From Blasia pusilla (taxonomy: Eukaryota), in the NCBI GenBank assembly GCA_050084515.1, contig CM114271.1:33480001-33544000 (forward strand): DNA of 64,000 nt, in the 5' to 3' direction. The position numbers were made by a program, and so were the translations under genes. Shown here piece after piece: positions 13,304 to 22,807 of the stretch; the stretch's first letter is position 1, and every line of letters begins with the position of its first letter. The notes beneath the pieces were generated by a model. It searched no databases. It had not been told where the DNA came from and saw nothing but the letters and a program-made list of their open reading frames with translations.

Positions 13304-14826
13304 ACAAAGAGAGAATGAGAGAGCTTCATGGGGGATCTCGCTGGTCACTCGTTGTTTTTGCAGGTTGGGGACCGTTTTCCCCATTCAGCGGCTCATGGGA
13401 GTGCTCATCGGAGCAAGGGCTGCTTTGATTGTTCTTTGCATTTGCCGATTTTTCGTGTGGAAGAGTGGCGCGCGGAAGCGGTGCACAATTTTTAATAGGG
13501 ATTGATTGTGGGGGCGGGTTGCCCCATGCCAGTGCTCTCAAGAGCACCATGTAGCATGCTGATTAGTATTTTTACAGGTTTTACATTTTGGTTGGGAGAA
13601 ATCAGCACGGAAGCGCTGCCCAATTTTGTGTAGGAGAAAGAGATATTGAGCTTTACGACAATCCCTGTCAGTTTTTACTGGAATGTTTGATTCTAAATAT
13701 TTTTTGATATTGTTGTAGATCGTGGAGATGTGCACATTGTGAAATAAATAATGTGTAATTTAGAGCTACGAGTAAAAAGTTATGGTCAATCTTGCAAAAT
13801 TACCATTGCTAGGCAATTTTTAGGGTTAATTTGTTCAAACCCTAAACCAGCCGCCACCGTCATAGTCATCGTCAACGGTCCACCATCGATGGTCAACCAT
13901 CACCTTCAACGGTCCACTTTCTGTTATCCACCCTTTGGTTGCCATTTCCGCCATTACGGAGTGGAGGGTCTTCCAAAATGTTCGTTGATTCTCTGACTTG
14001 CGTCGCCACCACGTACTTTGTTTTGGCCGCCACTGTCATCGTAGTTTTGTCATCAACCACTGATGGCAGATGACCTCCGGTTATGGTGTTTGAGTTTTGA
14101 TTTCATGTTGCTATGTTGTGATTGGTTGCCGCTCAACAATGATCGAGAACCATGCCGTGACGTCCGTAGTTGCAACACGCCGCCAATTGCTGCGCCGTGC
14201 CGCTCTTGGCCGCACCACACCATCTCGATCGCGGAACCGCTCCTTCACTAAGGAGCAGAGCGTGTGAATTGCTGATTGAGGAGGGTATGCCGCCGAGTGC
14301 CACACCCCATTCCCGAGTGCGGTGTTGTTTGTAGCCGTTCCGTGCCGCACCGGACCGCTCGACCTGCACCGCACATCGAGGAGGTTGAGCAGCGTCAGTA
14401 CGAGAGGAGTATAACTTGCTGATTGGAAGAGTTGTCTTCACGACCAAGTTGGGGTTGAGATTTGTAGTTGCTGAGGAGAGACGTTGACATGTGTTCAGGT
14501 TACCCATTATGGTCCTTTACCCTGCACGTATGAGGGATTCTGGGATTTGGGTAGTTTATTTGGGGATATTGGGTTGTGTGGATGTTGAGAGCATTATTCA
14601 TGTATATGATTAGGGGACATAGACCTATGTGGGATGTCCAGAGTTCAGGGTAGGTGGTTGATGAGATGATAGCCTGTTCCATTTGTCGCACCACGCCGTG
14701 TGTTGCCGCACGTTACACATCTCGGGGAGGGAGAGTGTAGATCGAGTACCGCATGTTTGGGATGAGAGATTGAGGGATTACTCGCAAGGTTGAGAGTGAT
14801 TGGGTGAGAGAGGCATGAGAGTTATC

Positions 14827-17400
14827 ATGGCGTCCGTTCAGGACTTTGAGAGGCGAGGTGGTGAACTTGAGAGTAGCTCTAGAGGTTTTACGCGGAGTGG
14901 CGCGAGGTTCCGAGGGTCTCCACGTGAGGGACCATCTCGACCTCCTTTTGTGTCATCGTCAGACAAAAGGAGGGTGTAGAGGAGTTTGTGAGCACATCGC
15001 CACACATTGTGAGTGGTCTTACCATTTGGGCGTACGAGATGGATGACCGAGGTAGAGGACCACGTAGGTTTTCTGGTGTAGTAGGCACGATTTCAAAGCA
15101 GAGTTTAGGAGTTGGTGCGACTCCCAGCGGGCCAAGAACTCTAGAGAGTTCAACCTGTTTACAACATGGAATGGTATGTTCCAGCATTTAGAGGGGGCCC
15201 CATGGACGATAACCATGAGTTCTCCCATAGATATGCCTAGGAGATTCAGGCATGGCAACTCTACTATGACCCACACTATGTGTCATGGACAAAGCCGTTC
15301 CCAGATGAGGAGAAGGAGTCAGGAGAGGCTAAATCCTCTTACACTAGTGATGTTTTAGGAGGGGTCACTCACACTGGAGCAGTTGAACCATCTAGTCGGG
15401 ATCATCCCAGGTTCAACCCCGTGGTTGAGTTCTTCGCTGAGTTGAGCGCCAGCTACCAAGAGATACGAATAGAGAATTCGAAGTTGCAGAGCATCCACGA
15501 CTTCAAGAGGCGCCCGGATGAGAGTTTACGTGAGGCTTACACTCGCCTACGTCGGTTGATCAACGTCACTTAGGGGGTGACGGAGGCTCAGTCTATCCAG
15601 TCAAGGTATGCGATCCTGGACCGGACCCTGCAGATAAGGGTGCATGAGGGGGTGCTTCTTATGAACACCTCCCCTACGTTGAGAGATGTTTTTAGGACAG
15701 CCAAGAACATTGAGTGCAACATGGAGAAGGAGAGCGTAGCCACCATGGGTTTTGGGCGAGAGCAGTCACGATTGGCTGCACCACTTGAGCAGCAATGTGG
15801 ACTCCGAGATAGGTTGACTGTCGCAACACAAGCTCAGGGATGATACTGGGAGGACGTGCCACAGAGACCTGCATCTTCATATGCGGCTCAGCAACAACCG
15901 CCTACTATTATTTGTTGGTAATGTGGTGGAGCCTATCATCAGCGCAATTGCACTCGTCTCGATCATGGACGTGTGCCTCAACATGGAGGAGGAGATGGTG
16001 CTGCACCAGGAGGTTATCAGTGTGACTATTGTCAGAGGTATGGTCATACACACGCCAAGTGTTTCAGTTTACATCCTCAGTTACGTCCGGACTGAGGGCC
16101 AGAGAGTGCACCAAAGCGAGTAGCCAATCCGGGTGGGCTAGAGATTGTGCACGAGGTGGTCCCGTTGGGGGACGAGGAGGTGGAGTTGCCCGAAAAGGTG
16201 GTGGAGTTGCCCGTGGAGGAGGTAGAGTACCATCACCTAGACCCGCCGAAGGAGAAGCCGGACGTGAGGCTGGGATGGTTACTCAAATATAGCAGGTACA
16301 GGAGCACATTGCCGCTATGGCATTGAGGTTACCCAATGCCGGATCCGTGGCATCGACATCATATGCAGCAACTAGAGATATGGAGGATCTTGGTTGGATG
16401 TGCGGGGTTGCCTAGATGGAGGCCGCCATAGTTGTGAAGCATGGAGCAGCCGCAGAGTTGGATCCACAGCGAGGGGAAGCCAGAAAACATACTAGGCTTC
16501 CTCAGTCTTTCACGTTGTCCGAAGCAATGAGGACCCCATCGATGGATCCTCATCTAAGTTCCTGGAGAGTTGGTGATGTTGTTGGTGTGCAGGCACGAAG
16601 GGCGATGCGAGAAGCGAGTGCGATGACTCCTATTGTTGATGCTCAAGAGGGCCATGTCAAGCATATTGTTGGGGGCGACCACCGTTGTGTACCGCACTCC
16701 TTTATTTTCTGCTTTCGATGTTATAACGTTGGGGGGTACGCCCCCCGAGGCTTTTTGGCTGGCCGCTTCACTATGTGAGCGCGGAGTTGGAGTTCTTGCA
16801 TCACGTTAAGAGGTGATTGCAGAGCAGGTGATGGACCTGCCCTTGGAGCGGATGCTCGGGTCGTCCACGTCAGATTCATGGCAGGCTGCGGCTGCTAGGA
16901 TGGCACAGATGCCCGCTAGACCCGCGATAGAGCATGCCATGGCTTCTCCTGGTGTTGTGTTGCTGGACAACCAAGGAGAGGTCTTCCAGTTGGTGAGTCC
17001 CAAAGGTAGAGTTTTTGGTCTGCAGCGCGTCTTGTTGGATTCAGGAGCGCAACCCCTGATGTTGAGGAAAGCGTCATTCAAAGGATTGGGCTTGATGAGA
17101 GCCGATGTAGAGCATTGTCCATTCCGGATAGACATCCTTGGGTGGAGCGAGTACCATACAATATGTCATCCGGCATGAGGTCGTGGTGAGGATTCACCTG
17201 GGACATCCTACAGATGAGTCCGTGGTATGAGCCAAGGCGATAGTGACTGATGTAGAGTCCTACGACGTCTTGGTTGGTGGAGCATTGTTATACCCGATGG
17301 GGTTTTCCCCGGATTATAGGGAGGAGTCAATGTCCTACAGACCAGGATGGCAGTCAGGTGATGGGCGCCTTAGCTCATTACCCGTTCAATTCATAGGTGC
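14827..17400 (+). pseudogene. Element 1 Gag (two zinc knuckles) and aspartic protease, decayed
   Basis: ESLREAYTRLRRL Gag core; knuckles CW*CGGAYHQRNC (~15912) and CDYCQRYGHTHAKC (~16021); LLDSGAQP protease active-site motif; YDVLVG flap-region motif. Confidence 0.8.
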
Positions 17401-17755
17401 AGTGATCGAGCGACGGCCAGGAGAGGTGGCGACCTTAGCAACATTTAGCAGTACCATCACTTGGCCTAGTGATTTGATTGAGGGACATGTCCATGCAGAG
17501 GATACTTCCGTTCCTGACATTTCTATGGAGAGGAGTGTTATGATAGCCGCATCATTCCGTGGAGGAGAGGTGTCGTTGTGGGGCTCGATTGAGGAGCTTC
17601 GACGATTGGCAGATGGGCACGTGGAGACCGCGTGGAGCAAGATGTTTGCATCGGAGCGTGATGTGTGTGAGGAACCCAAGGTAGCAAGGAGTGCTACGAT
17701 GACACCCTTGGATACCACACCCATTGTGTGATGTATCCCGGAGGAGGATATTTGA

Positions 17756-18680
17756 GTATTAGATCTCTTTGGAGGGATTAGCACCGGGTTAGCTGTTGTT
17801 TTGCAGGCAAGAGTGCGAGTGCAGCAGTACCTGTATATGGAGAGTGATGATGTTGCAAGGCGCATCTCACTACGACATGTGGCGCAGTTATGCCTACGTT
17901 TTCCTGACTTATTGTCTGCGTCCGCGGTACATGGATACTTGAGTTTCCTACCTAGGGATATTTTGTTGCTAGGGGCGTAAGACTTAGAGCGGGTAGGAAC
18001 CATTGATTTGGTCATTGCCCATTGGCTATGTCAAGGCCAATCGAGTGTTGGACGAGGCAGCGGGTTGGATGACACTCGGTCGAGGTTGTTTTGGGAGATG
18101 TTGAGGGTCTTACGATAGTTGCACGAGCACCACTCTCATTCTCCAGCCTACATTCTGGAGAATGTACCGATCTTAGGAGACTCCAAGTCACAGGTGGTGA
18201 GAAGGTGCGTGCCTGGATCGGCCCAACAGTGTTCTTGGATACGGCAAGTGTAGGTTCTAGAGCCTATCGCCCGCGTCTATGGTGGACCAACTTGGTGCCC
18301 CATGCGGTGTTACGGAGGGCGTATGCGAGAATGGAGCACCCCTCCCATTTGTTAGTGGATTCCATTCTAGATCCGGGTCGTCCATTAAGGCAATGAGGCA
18401 CGATGATTGACCACCCTTAACTGTGGTCAATAGGGTAGGCAGCCGCGGGCAGCCTTGTCCACGTTTGTGAGTTTTCCTGCTTCCTATGCATGCAAGGAGG
18501 CCGGGCCTAGCTTGGATTGGGATGACCAGGTTCAGCGGTTGGTGGAGCCCAACGCCGACGAGAGAGAGCGAGCGATGGGATTTCCCACAGGAGTGACAAC
18601 AATATCGTTAGTGTTAAAGGCATCATGACGCCATGTCTTGGGTCAGGCGATGGACTTGAACTGCTTGACATGGATCCTCA
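17756..18680 (+). pseudogene. Element 1 C5 DNA cytosine methyltransferase domain (DNMT3-like), decayed
   Basis: Motif I VLDLFGGISTG; II YMESD; IV DLVIAHWLCQG (GWPCQ in other copies); VI YILENVP; VIII RPRLWWTN; IX ERERAMGF; X LGQAMDLN, in canonical order. Confidence 0.9.
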
Positions 18681-19019
18681 GCTTGGGAGTGGTTGAGCAG
18701 CGTCGTATGAGATCGCAAGAGATCACAGCGGTTGAGTTTGTGAGCCCCATGCCTATCGAGACGATGGATGCAGTGGTTGGGGGCGAGACTCGAGGAGATC
18801 TACATACTAGGGAAGATCAGGAGAGACATCCTTGGACTTCTTGGGATGTTTTGCACGTACGCCAAGAGATGATAGCCATAGCATTGAGCGTAGTTCTGGT
18901 ACTACACGTGGAGGAGATCAGAGTTTGTAGTTAGCTGCAGGAGAGCGGCCGAATATTTTTGTTCGAGACGGGGTTGCACCATAGCAACCACCGCCTCACG
19001 TCGGAGAGTCCTACCGTAG

Positions 19020-21870
19020 TCATGATGGAGACTTGGGAGCCAGATATGGGCCTTAAGTTGATAAGAGGAGAGCGGCGCCGGATACATCAGTTCCTCAAGA
19101 GTTATAAGAGTTGCTTTGCCTTTAGTATGGAGGATTTGGGTACAATGAAGGGACCGGGGATCCGCATTGAGTTGTCGAGTGATACGCCGATCTTCCGACG
19201 ACCCTACAGGTACAGTGACATGGAGAGGGCTATGATTTAGAGTAGGAGCCAGGACTTGGTCGGAGCAGGACTAGTGGAGATGTCGCATGGGGAGTATGCA
19301 CCTGCCACTATCATGCCCGCCAAGAAGGATGTGCATGGCAACTAGACGGACAGACGGATGTGTGGGGATGACCGACCTATCAATTGGTAGATGAAGCCCG
19401 ATAGGTATGCCATGCCCATCCCTGAGGAGATCTTTGATACGATTGGTCACGCAAAGGTCTTCAGTTCATTGGATTTGCGAGTCGGATACCATCAACTGCC
19501 TATCAGACTGGAGGACAGGCAGAAGACGGTATTTTGGGGCATCGATCCTCACATGAAGGATTGTTTGTACTAGTGGCGGTTCTTACCATTTGGGTTAAAG
19601 AACGCCCGGGCTGAGTTTCAAAGGGTCATGGATAAGATCTTGGCTGGTCTGGATTTTGCTAGGTATTATATTGATGACATCGTAGTCTTTAGCGCCACGG
19701 TTGAGGAGCATGAGCGACATCTAGAGGAGGTGTTTCGACGATTGCAATTACATGAGCTGAAGCTACATCCAGGCAAGTGCAAGTTCTTCTATGACCAAAT
19801 TGAGTACTTGGGTCATACGATATATCAAGGGGCCTTAGTGTTCAACAGAAGAAGGTAGAGGCTATCTCTCGCATTCCACGCCCTACAGATGTGAGCCGTG
19901 TTTGCGCATTCATGGGATTGGCAAACTTCTATCAACGGTACGTCAAGGGATTCAATTCGATTGCAAAGCCGCTACCCTTGCTGAACAAGGTGGATCATGA
20001 GTGGCATTGGGGGGATGAGCATGAGCGAGCATTTCACTTGCTCAAGGACAAGTTGACATCCGCGCCCATCTTGAGGAGACCAATCAGAGGGCGTCCTTTC
20101 TAGTTGCACATAGATTTGAGCATGTTGGGGCTTGGAGCGGTGCTCACCCAACATGATGAAGAGGGTAGAGAGTTCGTGGTGGCTTACGCTAGCCGCTCGA
20201 ACAACGATGTAGAGGTGAAGTACAACTCGTATGAGGGTGAGTGCTTGGCTGAAGTGTGGGCTGTCGCGCATTTCAGGTGTTACTTATTCAAAATCCATTT
20301 ACCATCATCAATGATCATCAACCACTGAAGTGGTTGATGGAGTCTGACAAGCTTATAGGGAAGCTTGCAAGATGGGCTCTGTTGTTGCAGGAGTATGATT
20401 TTCAGGTGATACATAGACCTAGGACGCTCAACCAGGATGCAGATGGGTTGAGTTGTAACCCATTCCCAAGTCTGCGAGATGCGACTGGAGCTCGATGGCA
20501 TGGAGAGAGTGATGATGAGTCAGTGCCCAAATGGCACGCGTCAGGCTATTTAGGCATGTTGGCTATGGAGGGCCAGAGTGTGGAGACTTTGATGGCGATG
20601 TCTAGTGGAGAGTCCTTGGATCCCTAGGCCACTGAGGAGACGATAGGTAGCTGAGATATTCATGATGATGGAGTAGTCTTGGAGTACCTTCGTACTCACA
20701 CCGTTGTGAGCACCGTGGGTGCTAGAGAGCGGGATCGGATCCTACAGCGGGCCAGACGGTTCCGTTGGGAGGGGACTCATGTTTTGAGGGTTTGGGAGGA
20801 TGGTAGAGTACGCGTAGTGCCGCATCTTTTGCAGAGAGCACAACTAGTGCAACATTCCCACGAGGAGTTGGGTCACTTTGGGGTGAAGCGGACGTACAAC
20901 TTGCTCTAGATTCAGTATTGGTGGCGAGGCATGTAGACTGACGTTCAGCATTTTGTTGCCACGTGCATGGTGTGTGATCCGGTCCGAGCATCGTTCAATG
21001 CTCCAACTCCATAATTGCATCCATTACCGATCATGGGCTTAGGGTAAAGATGGAGTTTGGATTTTGTAGGACCTTTGCCTCTAACAAAACATCATAGTTG
21101 TTATGTGTTGGTGATGGTCGAGCACTTCTCGAAGTGGATCGAGTTGGTCACATTTCCTGACAAAGCGACTGAGGGAGTAGTTTATGCCTTCCTTGATAGA
21201 TTTTTGAGTCATTATGGCGCACCGGCTGAGGTGTTGACAGACCAGGGTATCGAGTTTTGCGGTGAGTTCTAGGCCTTGTGCGATCGGGCGTTGATCAACC
21301 ACCGCACGACTTCACGAGATCATCCCGAGGCAGATGGATTAGCGGAGAGAGTTGTGCAGACGATGAAGAGGGCTGAGCTGTTTCGGAGAGTGATGCCCAT
21401 GACGTTCGAGAACTTGGCGATTGGGCAGCATCGGGATACGTCGAGGTATGCAACTATTCGGGGTGGTGGTTATCGACCAACTATCCGGAAGTTTCATCAG
21501 GGAGATTATCTCTACTTGCAGCAGACGGCACCGACGACGTTGGATGTGACTGTAGGGCGCACTATCATGAGAGTGCGTGACGTTTTTCCATCCAGTATTC
21601 TCTTGCTCGAGGGACGCGATGGTATGGTATGGTATGGAAGGACCATATGCGTAAATGTGCGCCATGTCACCTTCCTAACATTGATGGTACAGTAGATCCA
21701 AGCTCACAGTAGTTCTTGCAGGCTTGTGTTGTATGTTGTGTGGTTCTGTTGATGGTGCGGCCACAATGCTAGTCTGTGATGGATGTTCGAGAGGTTGGCA
21801 TATGGCATGTCTGACGCCACCTCTCACTAGGGTTCCTCGGGGACGATGGATGTGTCCCAGATGTACATAA
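19020..21870 (+). pseudogene. Element 1 RT - RNase H - integrase - PHD finger, decayed
   Basis: LDLRVGYHQL, PFGLKNA, YYIDDIVVFS (RT); VVAYASR, DHQPLKWL, NQDADGLS (RNase H); HEELGHFG, DFVGPLP, TDQG, DGLAERVVQT (integrase); CMLC...CDGC...WHMACL...WMCPRC (PHD). Confidence 0.92.
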
Positions 21871-22058
21871 AGGAGATATTAGGTAGGTTTCAATTCCGAC
21901 TTTTTATGTGACATGGATGATAGGAAGGCGACTAAGGATGGGGCCACATGAGCACCCAGCCTTTCCGCTCTTAGCGTCCTAGAGATGTATGTCATGGTAG
22001 GTAGGGATAGATAGCTATCTGGAGTTAGAGGGACCTAACCATCAGCTAGGGGGGAAAT

Positions 22059-22807
22059 TGGAGATATTTTGGTACTTCTCGCCTCTGTGTATGGATGCCA
22101 TGAGTTAGCATGGGATCGTGTGTGTTTGTGTGTGTGTTCGATGACAGCGATGTATATTGTGTAGCGATGTGTATGCACACGACAACTATCAAGATTGTTA
22201 GGATAGATCGATGGGGTCTAGCAGAGCTTCTGCACGAGTAGTGGAGGACACACTCAAGAGGTCGAGGATGACGTGTTGAGGCCTCGGGAAAACGGAGAGA
22301 GCATGTTTCCCCTTCGTTTCGGCTCATTTAGAGACATATAGAGAAACTTACTATTTCGGGTAAGTTTCTATATTGGGGATAGTTGACTTTCCACTTTGGG
22401 AAGTGGCCCTTGACTTGCTACATTAGGTCAAAAGCCAAGGAGGTGACCTGTGAGCATAGGTTACCGTTGAGAGGGCTTGGGAGAGGGAAGGGGGTATACC
22501 TCCAAGAGAGAGAGCTTGAGAGCTCATCCTCTCTTTGTTCAACCTCTTGTCATAAGGCGGCGGAGCTATGGTCCCTTGCCTTGTGAGTGTAACCCAAGCC
22601 TCTCATTAGGAAAGTGGGTTTGGTTTGACATGAGAGAGAGTGCATACCTTGAGAGCTATTGTGTGAGATGGTGTAGAGAGAGATTGGATCTTACTTTATT
22701 GGAGATGTTTTGGTACTTCTCCCCTCTGTGTATGGATGCCATGAGTTAGCATGGGATGTGTGTGTTTGTGTGTGTGTTGGATGATAGCGATGTGTATGTG
22801 CACGAAA
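22059..22807 (+). repeat. 3' repeat block B1-A2-B2 of element 1
   Basis: B1 22059-22184 and B2 22700-22807 are direct repeats (TGGAGAT.TTTTGGTACTTCTC...GATGTGTATG.GCACGA) flanking A2; preceded by the PPT AGGGGGGAAA. Confidence 0.9.

Larger units (their letters stand above)
12784..22807 (+). mobile_element. Element 1: near full-length decayed Ty3/Gypsy-like retrotransposon with DNMT and PHD domains and split repeats (A1-internal-B1-A2-B2)
   Basis: A1 12784-13303; decayed gag ~14830-16400; protease LLDSGAQP ~17030; DNMT 17756-18680; RT with YIDD ~19667; RNase H ~20090-20460; integrase ~20680-21680 (internal deletion near 21370); PHD ~21725-21868; PPT 22048-22057; B1 22059-22184; A2 22187-22697; B2 22700-22807. 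Many stops and frameshifts; terminal dinucleotides mutated; no TSD recognisable. Confidence 0.93.

Noticed and set aside
17756-18680. DNMT segment as a host DNMT3/DRM gene or a one-off captured fragment
   Set aside because: It is intronless, lies at the same Pol position in four copies from three families, and its motif order is not DRM-permuted.
12784-22807. Classification as a DIRS/PAT/Ngaro tyrosine-recombinase element because of the split repeats
   Set aside because: No recombinase motifs seen; the element has an aspartic protease, Gypsy-type RT/RNase H and a DDE integrase, and its sister copy has a TSD.
22059-22807. B-A-B as a chance local tandem duplication of a normal LTR
   Set aside because: It recurs with equivalent boundaries in elements 1, 2 and 4, and the 5' ends of elements 1 and 2 lack B.
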